Origin: a virus
Strand: one strand, 5' to 3'
Length of the DNA stretch: 64,000 bases
Virus record (IMG/VR): IMGVR_UViG_3300045988_090117
Span: 1-64,000 of that record
A program made the position numbers and the translations under genes. The first letter of the stretch is position 1, and each line of letters starts with the position of its first letter. The notes under the pieces were generated by a model, which did not search any database, was not told where the DNA came from, and saw only the letters and a list, made by a program, of their open reading frames with translations. This document shows positions 1 to 10,493 of this stretch, in pieces.

Positions 1-1334
1 CAAGCATTACCTTGCCAGTCTAAAGTGTGTGCATTTGACCTTTTAGCATCACCAGCACCATTACCTACTATATGAGCATATCTACGATTTGTGTCTTCAA
101 TATTATATTTACCTTGTACGTGTTGAAATTGAGAAGAAGCTTTACTTCCATACCCTTCTGCATGAGAACTAGTACCTGAAGCAGTTGTATAATCACCTTC
201 AGCATGAGAATTAACGCCTGAAGCTGTTGTCGTAGAGCCTTCTGCATGTGAAAACATACCTGACGCTTTAGTACCACTACCTTCTGCATGTGAATAATCG
301 CCTGAAGCTTCTACATGCATACCTATAGCACTACTTCCTGCTCCTATATCTCCTACTCTTCCTAAACTTATACTATTTTGTAATACTAAATCAGTTTCTA
401 AATATTTACTATCTAAATATTTAACTTCTTCTTCGTAAATAACTAAATCAGTAAAAGTATTAGTAGTAATATCATTTTTACCTAGTTCAATAAGTAACAT
501 TATATTTGTTAAATCCTCAAATGCTTGTATACTATAATTGCCAATACTACATACAATACAATTACCAATTTTTTCACTTACTAATAAAGTACATAATTTT
601 TTACTACCTAAGAATTCTATATAATATCTTCTATCTTTATTAAGAGAAACATTATTTACAGTAATATTATCATTTAATTTTATATCACTAGCAGGTACGG
701 TAACTAATACTTTACTAGAAATAGTGTGAGGCAAATTACTGTCTTGGCTTTTTATGGCTTTGGTATTAGTGTCTAGTGCTTCCTCAAATTTATTAACCAA
801 TTGTGCAGATAATATATCGCCATCATTATGGATTTCTCTAATATAATTACCTTCACTATCAAAAGCATTTTTTATCTCACCACTCGCTAAACTACTCAAC
901 CCTAGCACTGCTCTACCCATAATTGCCTGATTATCCACAAGTGGCTCACATATATGCAATTGTTGTTTTACAATAGGCATGGAAATCATACTTGTTTTGT
1001 CGGCATCCAATAATGATATTTGGAAATCATATTCACCTAATTCAATAGGGTCATTTATAAGGTCGTCTGTTATTGTAAGTACGGCCACTCCATCTTGTGT
1101 AGGTTGTATTGCAAAAGTATATTTTATCTCATCACTTCTATATAATCTTATTTGGAAATAGGCTGCATTAGTTTGTGCTATAATATTATTTAAATCACTT
1201 TTATCAAATTTGTATTTGTTATTTACAATTGAAAAATGCAACTCAATATTTTTATCCAGTCTAAATAAATATATATCTTCATCAAGTGTGGCATTATTTT
1301 TATTGATTGTCATAATACATTGTTTATAAATCAT
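1..1334 (-). CDS. Tail fibre protein with BppU-like N-terminal domain and Hep_Hag-like SHAEG repeats (3' end cut by window edge)
   Basis: Absent from the ORF track because it runs off the left edge. My reverse-complement reading from ATG 1332-1334 (GGAGG 11 nt upstream) stays open to position 1. The N-terminus MIYKQCIMTINKNNATLDEDIYLFRLDKNIELHF resembles BppU_N-type domains. The distal part has SHAEG-x3-ASG repeats and ends ...RSNAHTLDWQGNA. Confidence 0.55.
   Translation of the reverse strand, partial: MIYKQCIMTINKNNATLDEDIYLFRLDKNIELHFSIVNNKYKFDKSDLNNIIAQTNAAYFQIRLYRSDEIKYTFAIQPTQDGVAVLTITDDLINDPIELGEYDFQISLLDADKTSMISMPIVKQQLHICEPLVDNQAIMGRAVLGLSSLASGEIKNAFDSEGNYIREIHNDGDILSAQLVNKFEEALDTNTKAIKSQDSNLPHTISSKVLVTVPASDIKLNDNITVNNVSLNKDRRYYIEFLGSKKLCTLLVSEKIGNCIVCSIGNYSIQAFEDLTNIMLLIELGKNDITTNTFTDLVIYEEEVKYLDSKYLETDLVLQNSISLGRVGDIGAGSSAIGMHVEASGDYSHAEGSGTKASGMFSHAEGSTTTASGVNSHAEGDYTTASGTSSHAEGYGSKASSQFQHVQGKYNIEDTNRRYAHIVGNGAGDAKRSNAHTLDWQGNA
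150..325 (-). repeat. Tandem 42-nt coding repeats (14-aa SHAEGxxTxASGxx units) inside the tail fibre gene
   Basis: The plus-strand motif tctgcatg(a/t)g recurs at 157, 199, 241 and 283, an exact 42-nt period. Confidence 0.7.
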
Positions 1335-1355
1335 TGTGGCTTTTTCCTCCCTTCA

Positions 1356-1598
1356 TTATTTATTTTTAAGTCCGTCTAAGCCTTTTGTTGAGTTATCGTT
1401 CCATATACCTAGAAAAGCAGTTATTATTGCCACTATTGCCACTGGGTTATTTATAATACCTTTTAGTGCTTCAATAAATAGTGGCCAACTAGTTAATTGA
1501 TTAAAATCAACACCACTCGCACTGAATATAAGTGCCACTACAGATAAATAGAAATATGGATTTCTAAGTTTTGGATGACTTAATAAAAATTGTTTCAT
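1356..1598 (-). CDS. Holin (two-TM small membrane protein)
   Basis: 80-aa product MKQFLLSHPKLRNPYFYLSVVALIFSASG...VAIVAIITAFLGIW with two hydrophobic helices and a polar tail. AGGAGGTG lies just upstream of ATG 1598; the track start at 1676 has no RBS. It is adjacent to the XhlA-like gene. Confidence 0.6.
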   Translation of the reverse strand: MKQFLLSHPKLRNPYFYLSVVALIFSASGVDFNQLTSWPLFIEALKGIINNPVAIVAIITAFLGIWNDNSTKGLDGLKNK

Positions 1599-1609
1599 AT
1601 TAACACCTC

Positions 1610-1909
1610 CTAAAATAAAATAGTAGTTATTACTGTTAGAACAACACTGAACATAGCGAGTCCTAAAGATGTCCATAATCCTTTATTTGTTTTGTCTTTT
1701 TCAACTAAAGTATTACGTACATAGTCTTCCAGTTTGCTATTTCTATTTTCTAAACCTTTTATTACTCGTTCCTGTTCTCTAGTTTGTGCCTCAATTAAGT
1801 CCATTCTACTTGCTAGTCTTTGTTCGTTTATACTGTCTAATTTTGCATTAATTGTTGCCACATCCTCAATTAATTTTAATAATAGTTCCTGCACCTTTTC
1901 ATCACTCAT
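1610..1909 (-). CDS. xhlA: XhlA-like lysis accessory protein (coiled coil plus C-terminal TM)
   Basis: 99 aa with an N-terminal heptad-rich region and a single C-terminal TM (GLWTSLGLAMFSVVLTVITTILF). This is the architecture of XhlA-family proteins that precede holins in PBSX-type elements. Confidence 0.55.
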   Translation of the reverse strand: MSDEKVQELLLKLIEDVATINAKLDSINEQRLASRMDLIEAQTREQERVIKGLENRNSKLEDYVRNTLVEKDKTNKGLWTSLGLAMFSVVLTVITTILF

Positions 1910-1917
1910 ACATTCAC

Positions 1918-2085
1918 CTACTTTTTAGGTGGATTTTGTGTCTCCTCTAATTGCTTTTTAAGTTTCTCCACCTGTTGTTTATAAATTTCACATTGTGCTT
2001 CTAACATCACCTTCTTTTCATTAGCGTCTGCTAATTCTCTTTTGTATGTTGTGCATATTGTGTTTAATAAGTTTAATGCATCCAT
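1918..2085 (-). CDS. Small coiled-coil protein (55 aa, below track cutoff)
   Basis: MDALNLLNTICTTYKRELADANEKKVMLEAQCEIYKQQVEKLKKQLEETQNPPKK. GGAGG lies 7 nt upstream of ATG 2085; stop is TAG at 1918-1920. Confidence 0.4.
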   Translation of the reverse strand: MDALNLLNTICTTYKRELADANEKKVMLEAQCEIYKQQVEKLKKQLEETQNPPKK

Positions 2086-2128
2086 TGTATTACCTCCTAT
2101 ATATCATGTTTCATATTGTATATTAGTT

Positions 2129-2154
2129 AAAAAAGGACTAGATTAAACTAGTCC
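2129..2154 (-). terminator. Rho-independent terminator after the 637-aa fibre gene
   Basis: Stem ggactag (2135-2141) / ctagtcc (2148-2154), 6-nt loop, then a U-tract on the minus strand (plus-strand A-run 2129-2134). Confidence 0.65.
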
Positions 2155-2163
2155 CTTGGAATA

Positions 2164-4077
2164 TTATTCTGTATAAGTAACTTTCACTGTCACACTACCA
2201 CTACATACTGCGTAGTTTGCAGAGTTGTAAGTAGATTGAATACCAAATCCTTTTACAGTTCCATTAGAAATTGCATTTAATATTGTGCTATTAGTTATAG
2301 TTAATTTACCACTGCTACCTACTGCAATTTTAACACTACCACAACTAGAACCATATGAAGGTTTTCCACTTGGTCTACTTGTGTAGTTATGAGTTTTTAC
2401 TTGTAGTGATACTCCTGAATAAGAACCACCTGATATTCTCTTAATAGTAAGTTCGATTTTACTAATAGATTTACCTTTGAACTGATTGAACTGACTACCA
2501 AAGAACCAACATCCATTACAGTCTCCATAACCATAATCACCTTGTCTACAAGTATTATCTTTTTTCCAGTTGTTATATACTGAACTTCTATAAGTATCAC
2601 CACTATTAGATTTTATTGTTACAGTTTTGGTAGTTGTCGGAGTAGGAGCTGTATTACCTGGGTCTGTAGTTTGGTTACCTCCTTCATGGTTAACATTTGT
2701 AGGAGCTATTATTTGACCTGGTAAACTCACATGGGTATTTGATTTACTACCACCGCATTGTCCACTGTTTGCTATTGTAATGCAGCCTCCACTTACTGCT
2801 TCGAATCCATACTGACTACATACACCACTTGAACCTGCGGCGTGTATTCTTCCTCCTGCATTTGCTCTAAAACCTATATCACAATTGACAAACTGTACAT
2901 TTTTATAATATCCAGTAGAATATGAATCACCTACAATACCAACAATGGCAGACGCTCCATTAGTAGCTTTATTATCACTACCGTATATTTTTACACTATA
3001 CGCATTAACTGGAGAACTTTCCTGTCCAATTAAACTACCAGTTCTACTGGCAACTGCACAACCTGTACTTGGATGTATTGTTCCTACATGACCTTCTTCA
3101 GTACCTGGCCAGCCACCATATACACGGACTTTAGTGGAACTCATATAATTTCTCACATAACCATACACTGTATTACCATCTAAGTATAAATTTATTACAC
3201 CACTAGTAAAAAACTGAAAATCTATATTTTCATAAATATCTTCTCGTATCCATATATTTACAGTTTTACCATTAAGAAATTTAGGTAGTGCGTCTAGTGT
3301 ACCTGCTACTGTAGCAAATATTGCCCCATCATATAATTCACTATTATCATCACCACTACTACTAATTTCTATTTGTATATCATCCTCTAATGTACTCGGG
3401 TATTGAGCACTATTTATTTTATTGGCGGTGATTGTATCAGCAGTTAACTCACCTTCAACTGAGAAACTATCTCCCACAACTTCACTACCTTTTATTTGTG
3501 CTCCAACAATATTACCTTCACTGTCTACACTAAAAGTATCATTTTGATTTCTAAAAGTACTACCTATTATAGTTGCACCTGTAATAGTTTTACCATCAAT
3601 AGCCCCATCAACTATCATATCACCATCTACTTTTACTTGTTTTGTTATTATATTTAATGCATCTTGTGTTAGTTGCATTGAACTTGCACTATTACCTCTA
3701 ACCATCCATGAAAATCTATCAGCTAATTGTTCGTATTTTGTTTCAGTGGCTTTTATTACTGAACTTTTGGTAATGGATGCCACGGGTATAGTTTTATTAA
3801 CAGTTGTTTTTCCTTCTATATTAATAGTGGCGTGTATTTCCCCTGCATTACCTGTTGCAGTAAGAAGAGTGATAGTTTTATAATCACTCTCCAATTTTGC
3901 TGTACAGTTAGTGGTATCTGTTATAGTTACTTTATATTGTCCTGTAGTTGGAGTCGTACTAACTGCGACTAATGGAGTAGTTCCATTGTATATATCAATT
4001 CTAGTATTTTTACTTGTTTGTTCTACCACAACTTTATTAACTGTTGTGGTGAACGTATTACTATATATTTCACTCAT
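2164..4077 (-). CDS. Tail fibre / receptor-binding protein
   Basis: 637 aa, Thr/Ser/Gly/Val-rich beta-type sequence with a Cys-rich C-terminal module. Its position in the fibre block and its strong RBS (AGGAGGTGG) support the call. No catalytic motif was recognised. Confidence 0.5.
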   Translation of the reverse strand: MSEIYSNTFTTTVNKVVVEQTSKNTRIDIYNGTTPLVAVSTTPTTGQYKVTITDTTNCTAKLESDYKTITLLTATGNAGEIHATINIEGKTTVNKTIPVASITKSSVIKATETKYEQLADRFSWMVRGNSASSMQLTQDALNIITKQVKVDGDMIVDGAIDGKTITGATIIGSTFRNQNDTFSVDSEGNIVGAQIKGSEVVGDSFSVEGELTADTITANKINSAQYPSTLEDDIQIEISSSGDDNSELYDGAIFATVAGTLDALPKFLNGKTVNIWIREDIYENIDFQFFTSGVINLYLDGNTVYGYVRNYMSSTKVRVYGGWPGTEEGHVGTIHPSTGCAVASRTGSLIGQESSPVNAYSVKIYGSDNKATNGASAIVGIVGDSYSTGYYKNVQFVNCDIGFRANAGGRIHAAGSSGVCSQYGFEAVSGGCITIANSGQCGGSKSNTHVSLPGQIIAPTNVNHEGGNQTTDPGNTAPTPTTTKTVTIKSNSGDTYRSSVYNNWKKDNTCRQGDYGYGDCNGCWFFGSQFNQFKGKSISKIELTIKRISGGSYSGVSLQVKTHNYTSRPSGKPSYGSSCGSVKIAVGSSGKLTITNSTILNAISNGTVKGFGIQSTYNSANYAVCSGSVTVKVTYTE

Positions 4078-4090
4078 TATTAACCACCTC

Positions 4091-6538
4091 CTAGCTTGTT
4101 TTAGTTAAATTACAATATGATAAATATTTACGTGGGTCATAACATCCATATCTTATTTTAGTAGTTTCGGCAACAAAAGTATATTTAGTATTATAATCAC
4201 CTGTAGTAGTAAATAACTCTTTAACAAAGTTATCATTATCATCATAAGCATAACACCATACCCATGTAGCATCCATTTGTAGTGAATAGTGTGCACCTTT
4301 TTCAACTGTTATTGGATTAACTGTTGCCCAGTCTTCTGTACTATCAACTATCTTATGTGTACTATTATCCACTTTTTTACCAAAAGTCATATTACCAATA
4401 GTACCTGGTTCTGGTTCTGGTGTAGCACCACCGGAATCCTTAGCTCTTAATACTCCATTTGATACTGTTAATGTAATTTGTTTTGATACACCTGAATGAG
4501 AAGTACCTGTGATTATTACTTCACCATTAGCACCTGCATAACTACTACATAATCCACTGTGGCAAGTTACTAAACTTGTATTATTAGATTGCCATGTAAT
4601 TGATTTATTAATACAGTTATCATTAAATTTTGGTCTAACAACACAATTATGTGAACTGTCGTTAAAATCTGTAGCCTCTAACTCAAAATCAGATGAATTT
4701 TCAACTAGATTATCTGTACTCAATGGATAATATTTTACCCAATCAACATATTGAGTTATTTCAGTTGTACTACTATCAGGAGTACCACCGCTAGCTCCAA
4801 TTGCTTGGTTAAGTAGTATAAAGTGCGGTATATGGAATGCTCTGTTATCAGTAGCACTTGTTCTTGATAATTCATTTCCATCAATAGAGAAAACTAAGCT
4901 GCCATCTGTATTCCATTCCATAGCAAACTCATGCCAATCACCAGTTGGATAATTATCATACCATACACGTCCGCTTTCTTCTTTTTCGTTGAAGAACGTA
5001 CCGCAAGTTAGCTTGCCATTATAAAATTCCATTACGTCAAATTCACCACAATATGCCCACCATTCACCTAGTGTATCAGGGCTACCATTTTCTTTATATC
5101 CAAATTCAAAACTATCTCCTAAAGTCCAAAATGCTCCAAAAGAACCATTGTAATTACATGCTCTAACTCTAGCAACTATCTTACCATACATGAAAGCAAA
5201 ATGACCTTTAGAGATAATTGATGCAGATGTCCAAGAACCATCACTTGCTTTTTTACCTCTTAAAGCTAATATACCATTGTTAACTTCAGCATTTGTATTT
5301 GTATATTTTTGAGTTTCATTATTTCTTACATAACCTAATTCATATGACCATTTATTTGAGTCTACACTACTACCTGAGAAATCATCGATTACATAAGCAC
5401 CAGTAGAATCTAATAATGAACTTGAACTTGAGCCATTTTCCTTCAATGTACCTGTAATAGCAGTACTTGCATCACCAGTAGCACATATTAATATTTTAGT
5501 TATATTTGCTGGCACAGTAAACGTATATGATAACTCTTTATTTGACCAATCATCTGTGTTGCCTTCGACAAATGATACATAAGAATTTGATGAATTATAA
5601 TAACAAACACATACATAATTAGCTTTATTAAGATTGATAGTATATGATTTACCAGCAGTTACACTTATATAATTTAATGTACTATAATATGCTCCATCTG
5701 TGGTATCTGCAATCACACCATCATTAAGTCTTTTATATTGAGTGAAAATCAATGCGTCTTTATTTACTAAAGTAACAGTAAATACATTACTTGTTTTAGT
5801 AGTACCTTTTGCAGTTGTCACTCTTATAGCCATTTGATAAGTTCCTGCATCACCCTTATTATCGTGTTTAAATCGATATCTTGTACCAGTGGATTCCACT
5901 TCGGTTGTTTTATCGTAGAATGTATTTCCTCCATCCCATGAAACTTCGTGTTTTGTTACCGCTATATTTGTACTATATTCAATATAAAATTCAGTTTTTT
6001 CAGTTTGTGTTATGTTTTCAATATTACTAATAGTTAGAGTTTCAGGTGTTACTGGAATTGCCTCAGTTGTAACAGTGATAGTAATGTTGCCAGTAACATT
6101 TGGTATATTAATATTACTTCCTCTAATAACAGTATTACTTATATCAGTTCCACCCATTACAACACTAATATTTTTTACATTATAGCCTTCATTAGCGGCC
6201 ACAATAGTTGAATAACTAGAACCTTTTTTAATTGATTTAGTTGAGTTACTACTTGTTGCTTGATTTAAAGTGTATGTTATAGTGTAGTATGTATCGGTAG
6301 TTCCTCCTCCACTCTCAGTATATACACATTTTAACTTACATTTATCATATGTACCATTATCCCAGTTACTAATATTAAAAACTGCACTAGACTTAGTAAA
6401 GGAAGTGGCACTTATATAAGTACTACCTCCATCTTTACTAAGTAGAATGTCTGAGATATTAGTAACATCGGTTGTAAAATTCACGGTCAAAGTATCGCCG
6501 GATGTACTGGGATTACTTGTTACAGTTATTGTTGCCAT
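4091..6538 (-). CDS. Tail fibre/spike protein with an internal GH16 (laminarinase-like) glycoside hydrolase domain and a Big_2-like domain
   Basis: 815 aa. Residues ~380-606 look like a ConA-like glucanase fold with the GH16 catalytic signature E-x-D-x-x-E = GEFDVMEF (codons at 5027-5044). A Big_2-like segment follows (ITWQSNNTSLVTCHSG...ITLTVSNG). Confidence 0.7.
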   Translation of the reverse strand: MATITVTSNPSTSGDTLTVNFTTDVTNISDILLSKDGGSTYISATSFTKSSAVFNISNWDNGTYDKCKLKCVYTESGGGTTDTYYTITYTLNQATSSNSTKSIKKGSSYSTIVAANEGYNVKNISVVMGGTDISNTVIRGSNINIPNVTGNITITVTTEAIPVTPETLTISNIENITQTEKTEFYIEYSTNIAVTKHEVSWDGGNTFYDKTTEVESTGTRYRFKHDNKGDAGTYQMAIRVTTAKGTTKTSNVFTVTLVNKDALIFTQYKRLNDGVIADTTDGAYYSTLNYISVTAGKSYTINLNKANYVCVCYYNSSNSYVSFVEGNTDDWSNKELSYTFTVPANITKILICATGDASTAITGTLKENGSSSSSLLDSTGAYVIDDFSGSSVDSNKWSYELGYVRNNETQKYTNTNAEVNNGILALRGKKASDGSWTSASIISKGHFAFMYGKIVARVRACNYNGSFGAFWTLGDSFEFGYKENGSPDTLGEWWAYCGEFDVMEFYNGKLTCGTFFNEKEESGRVWYDNYPTGDWHEFAMEWNTDGSLVFSIDGNELSRTSATDNRAFHIPHFILLNQAIGASGGTPDSSTTEITQYVDWVKYYPLSTDNLVENSSDFELEATDFNDSSHNCVVRPKFNDNCINKSITWQSNNTSLVTCHSGLCSSYAGANGEVIITGTSHSGVSKQITLTVSNGVLRAKDSGGATPEPEPGTIGNMTFGKKVDNSTHKIVDSTEDWATVNPITVEKGAHYSLQMDATWVWCYAYDDNDNFVKELFTTTGDYNTKYTFVAETTKIRYGCYDPRKYLSYCNLTKTS

Positions 6539-6552
6539 ATAAACACCTCCAT

Positions 6553-9500
6553 TTATTCACAAGTTGTTACTATACACTCTTTACTAAGTATTATAGTATA
6601 TCCATCTTTATTTTGAATTGATTCCTTAACTTCGTTTAACCCATCTATTGTTGCATAGGTATCACTAACAGTCATTTTGAATCCGTCTAAGGATTGTTCT
6701 AATTTTGCCTGTTTACTAGTTACTACTTTTACTTGTTCTGCCACTTGTTCTAGTGTTGGTGTTGTATAAGTAGTTGATGTAGGATTTTGCCATACTAATT
6801 TATATCTTAGCCATAAGTATTTATTTTCTGTTACAGCAGGCATACTCTCAACCCAACTACCTCCAGTTTGTGTTGTGTTACTAGTAGATAAATACCATTG
6901 TGGAGTTGAGTTCGTTAATGATTGTCCCTTATCACCAGGTTTACCATTATCACCTTTAAACTTACTCCATATGTAGTCAGCCTTGTTGTTACTTTCAGTA
7001 GCAGTCGTTTTGTTAGGAGCAATACCAATATACATTGTGCTATCTTTTGGAGTATCGTATAAACCAGTTCCATCAGCATTATCACTATATTTTATCCATG
7101 TATAATGAGTGACCCCATCTTCACCTTTGATACCTTGTACGCCTTGATCCCCTTTATCTCCTTTTATCAAACTCCATACGTAGTCGGAAGGTTTATCACT
7201 TTCAGTTTGTGTAGTTTTGTTATAAGCAAGTCCAATATAAGTTTTTCCTGTTGGGTCATTACTAATACCTTCACCAGTTACACTATCAGCATATTTTATC
7301 CAAGTATAGTAGGTCTTACCATCTTCACCTTTAATTCCTTGTTCACCTTTAAATTTGCTCCATGTGTAATCAGTCTTGTTGTTGCTCTCAGTAGGTGTTG
7401 TTTTATTAACACCAATTCCGATATATTTTGTTGTATCTTTTGGAGTATCATATAATCCTGTACCATCGGCATTATCACTGTATTTAATCCAAGTATAGTA
7501 AGTAGTACCGTCAGCACCAGTATCACCTTTTATACCAGTATCACCTTTCTCACCTTTTATTAGACTCCATGTATAATCAGTTTTATTAGTGCTTTCATTT
7601 TGTGTTTCTTTGTTATAGGCAAGACCAATATAAGGTTTACCAGTTGGATCATCGCTAATACCAGTTCCGTCAATACTATCTGCGTATTTTATCCATGTAT
7701 AATATGTTTTACCATCTTTTCCGGGAACACCTTGTAAACCTTGTTCACCTTTATCACCCTTAAACTTACTCCATATATAGTCAGCTTTGTTGGTGCTTTC
7801 AGTAGATGTTGGTTTATTTGGAGCGATCCCAATATACATTGTACTGGCTTTTGGTGTATCATATAGTCCTGTGCCATCTGAATTATCGCTGTATTTTATC
7901 CAAGTATAATAAGTTTTACCATCTTCACCTTTAACCCCCTGTACTCCGGTGTCTCCTTTTTCCCCTTTTATTAAGCTCCATGTGTAATCAGAAGGTGTAT
8001 TACTTTCGGTAGATGTTTCTTTGTTGTAAGCAAAACCTATATAAATTTTACCAGTTGGATCATTACTAATTCCACTACCATCTATAGTGTCAGCATATCT
8101 AATCCATGTGTAATAAGTTTTACCGTCTGTTCCTGGTGTTCCTGGAACACCTTGTAGACCTTGGTCACCCTTATCACCTTTTGCTCCTTGCTCACCTTTT
8201 ATCTTACTCCATGTGTACGTAGTAACAGACTCACTATCTTTATTGTTTGTATCAGTATAAACTCCTATATAAGCTCCAGGAGTTTCACCTTTATTGACTG
8301 TAAAAGTTTTACCTCCATCATCACTATATTTTATGTGTAGATAATAAGTTTTACCGTCTGTACCATTAGTTCCAGGTATACCTTGTTCACCTTGTTGACC
8401 TTCAAATCTACTCCATGTATAAGCTTTATAATCAGTGCTATCAGTTGGATTATAATCAACATATGTACCTATATAAGTACTTGGAGTTTCACTCATTGGA
8501 TTACCATTCGCATTGGCACTATATTTTATATGAAAATATGTTGTCTTACCGTCTTTACCTGGTGTTCCTGGTGCTCCATCTTTACCAGGTGTACCATCTT
8601 TTCCTGGTGTACCTGGTGTTCCAGGGATACCTTGCTCACCTTGCTCACCTTGTAAACCTTGTAGTCCTTGTGGACCCTGTTCACCTTGTGGACCTTGTGG
8701 CCCTTGAATACCTTGCTCACCTTGTGGTCCTTGAATACCTTGTGAGCCTTGTTCACCTTTATCTCCTTTATCTCCCTTAGCACCTTGAATACATACTGGT
8801 GTTGAGTATGTTACACTACCATCACCTTGAGTGTATTTTATTCTTTGCCATATATATTTTCCACTTTCCCATTCAGGAGTAGTTTCTATCCAACTACCTC
8901 CAGTTTGAGTAGTATTACTTGTAGATACATAGTACTGAGATACAGTCTTTGTCAATGTTCCGTTAAAACTAGTTTCTAATTTTCCTATTGCAGTTGTATG
9001 TTTATTTACAGTATCTACAGTGCTATTATATTCATCTTTTAGTTGAGTAACAGTACCATCTGTTTTAGTGATAGTTGTATTACTAATTAATTGACTAATT
9101 TGACCTTGTGCTATACCTATATTAGTTGTATTGGTAGAGACCTGCTCAATAACACTACTTAAATCTCCGCCAATAGTTACATCTTTTATAGTTTCAACTG
9201 TCTTTTTAAGCTGATTGAATGATACATCTAATGTTTGATCAGTATCATTAAATTTTATTTGACTTGCTTTTATAGTATTAGTGTTATTATTGATACTACT
9301 GATAACACTACTAATATCTAATTTACTACCACTTATATTGGCATTATCTGCTACTTTGCTATCAACTATTAATCCATCTTTTATCGCATCACTTGATTGA
9401 ATACCATTCTGATTAATAAGTTGACCTTTACCAGTTTCATCATATAATACAAAAGTAAAATTACCTTTAGCATCTTTTCCTATTTGAATACGTACATTAC

Positions 9501-10482
9501 CTTTGCTATCTTTAAATTGTTGAAGATTACCTTGTAATAACATAGAGCCATCATCACTTTGAATATTTACATTGTTAGTATTAATTGTACCAGTATTGAT
9601 TTTATTCGCACTTACAGTATCTATCATGGCATCTTTTATAAGTGCGTCTGCTATAGTAACTTTACTAGCAGTAAGGTTTAATGATTGTATATTATCCATA
9701 GTAAGATGACCACCAACTAATGTCTGTATTTCTGCCACTGTAGCTTTTAAGTTTGTTATAGTTGCATTAATGGCATCTAAATCACCGACTTTTAAGTTAT
9801 CAATTTTAGCATTTATAGCTGTAAAGTTATTTGTTGTAAGGTCTTTGAACTCACCATAATCTGCTTTTATCTTTTGTGCCTCTAACTCAACTACTTTTAA
9901 TTTTGGAACGCTTTCTCCGTCTAATAATAGATTACCTTCATCATCTATATATAGCCATGGAGCCTTTCCATCTTTTGTAAGTGTTTCTAATAGTTCTTGT
10001 AAATTTTGTGGAATTTTAGTATCTGGGTCAGTTTCTAATACTTTAGTATCAGGGTCACCACATAAATCAGTTATTGTTTGTTTAGCAGTTTCCATATCAT
10101 TAGTTGCGTCTTGTAGTTCTGCACTCATTGTTTCAGTCATTTCTTCTGTACTTAATGCCTGCATTAATACACCAACAATTCTATCCACAGCCTCGTTATA
10201 ATCTTCTCCAGCCTGTTGAATATCTCCTATCTTAGCGTCCTCACATTCTTCATCTTCGATACCCTCAACTTGTACATCAATTCTATCTTGGTCATCTTCT
10301 ACAGTGTCAGGTACTTCATAATACGTATCATCTTCTGTAGTATCGTCAGAAGCAGCTACAGTAGCTACTTCTGATTCCTCTGCAAATTCTTCCATATCCT
10401 CATCTAGTGTCGGCCATACAATCATCTCACCGTCATCATCATATATCGGTCTATCAACGTGTTCTCGTCCATCATCCATCAT
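6553..10482 (-). CDS. Collagen-like tail fibre with an acidic N-terminus, coiled coil, long GXY run and 8 repeated ~55-aa modules
   Basis: 1309 aa. GXY run [25 protein letters not shown]...GTPGKDGKT, then 8 modules (YYTWIKY(A/S)D..DGTG...YIG.A.NK.T..ES.....Y.WS..KG), each separated by 3-9 GXY triplets. Confidence 0.75.
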   Translation of the reverse strand: MMDDGREHVDRPIYDDDGEMIVWPTLDEDMEEFAEESEVATVAASDDTTEDDTYYEVPDTVEDDQDRIDVQVEGIEDEECEDAKIGDIQQAGEDYNEAVDRIVGVLMQALSTEEMTETMSAELQDATNDMETAKQTITDLCGDPDTKVLETDPDTKIPQNLQELLETLTKDGKAPWLYIDDEGNLLLDGESVPKLKVVELEAQKIKADYGEFKDLTTNNFTAINAKIDNLKVGDLDAINATITNLKATVAEIQTLVGGHLTMDNIQSLNLTASKVTIADALIKDAMIDTVSANKINTGTINTNNVNIQSDDGSMLLQGNLQQFKDSKGNVRIQIGKDAKGNFTFVLYDETGKGQLINQNGIQSSDAIKDGLIVDSKVADNANISGSKLDISSVISSINNNTNTIKASQIKFNDTDQTLDVSFNQLKKTVETIKDVTIGGDLSSVIEQVSTNTTNIGIAQGQISQLISNTTITKTDGTVTQLKDEYNSTVDTVNKHTTAIGKLETSFNGTLTKTVSQYYVSTSNTTQTGGSWIETTPEWESGKYIWQRIKYTQGDGSVTYSTPVCIQGAKGDKGDKGEQGSQGIQGPQGEQGIQGPQGPQGEQGPQGLQGLQGEQGEQGIPGTPGTPGKDGTPGKDGAPGTPGKDGKTTYFHIKYSANANGNPMSETPSTYIGTYVDYNPTDSTDYKAYTWSRFEGQQGEQGIPGTNGTDGKTYYLHIKYSDDGGKTFTVNKGETPGAYIGVYTDTNNKDSESVTTYTWSKIKGEQGAKGDKGDQGLQGVPGTPGTDGKTYYTWIRYADTIDGSGISNDPTGKIYIGFAYNKETSTESNTPSDYTWSLIKGEKGDTGVQGVKGEDGKTYYTWIKYSDNSDGTGLYDTPKASTMYIGIAPNKPTSTESTNKADYIWSKFKGDKGEQGLQGVPGKDGKTYYTWIKYADSIDGTGISDDPTGKPYIGLAYNKETQNESTNKTDYTWSLIKGEKGDTGIKGDTGADGTTYYTWIKYSDNADGTGLYDTPKDTTKYIGIGVNKTTPTESNNKTDYTWSKFKGEQGIKGEDGKTYYTWIKYADSVTGEGISNDPTGKTYIGLAYNKTTQTESDKPSDYVWSLIKGDKGDQGVQGIKGEDGVTHYTWIKYSDNADGTGLYDTPKDSTMYIGIAPNKTTATESNNKADYIWSKFKGDNGKPGDKGQSLTNSTPQWYLSTSNTTQTGGSWVESMPAVTENKYLWLRYKLVWQNPTSTTYTTPTLEQVAEQVKVVTSKQAKLEQSLDGFKMTVSDTYATIDGLNEVKESIQNKDGYTIILSKECIVTTCE
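6925..8790 (-). repeat. Coding tandem-repeat array (collagen GXY triplets plus 8 module repeats of ~190-210 nt)
   Basis: The DNA is visibly repetitive. It generates spurious alternative-frame ORFs in the track (7296-7526, 7689-7877, 8526-8783). The pure GXY block is about 8551-8787. Confidence 0.8.
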
Positions 10483-10493
10483 GTAAATCCCTC

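Noticed and set aside
1599-1676. The N-terminal extension of the holin ORF (track start 1676), and similar long-start versions of other ORFs (17314, 24858, 27564, 38754, 42036, 44415, 46177, 48822, 63920).
   Set aside because: The upstream starts lack an RBS, overlap the preceding gene or a promoter, or use TTG/GTG directly abutting the SD. Internal ATGs have GGAGG at 6-10 nt.
7296-8783. Minus-strand alternative-frame ORFs inside the collagen fibre gene (7296-7526, 7689-7877, 8526-8783), the similar 2397-2603, and 68-289.
   Set aside because: They are out-of-frame readings of repetitive coding DNA (GXY and module repeats, SHAEG repeats). They have no RBS and are fully nested in much longer ORFs.
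6925-8790. The regular tandem repeats could have been a CRISPR array.
   Set aside because: The repeats are in frame within a 1309-aa ORF. They are ~190-210 nt units with no unique spacers and translate to collagen and module repeats.
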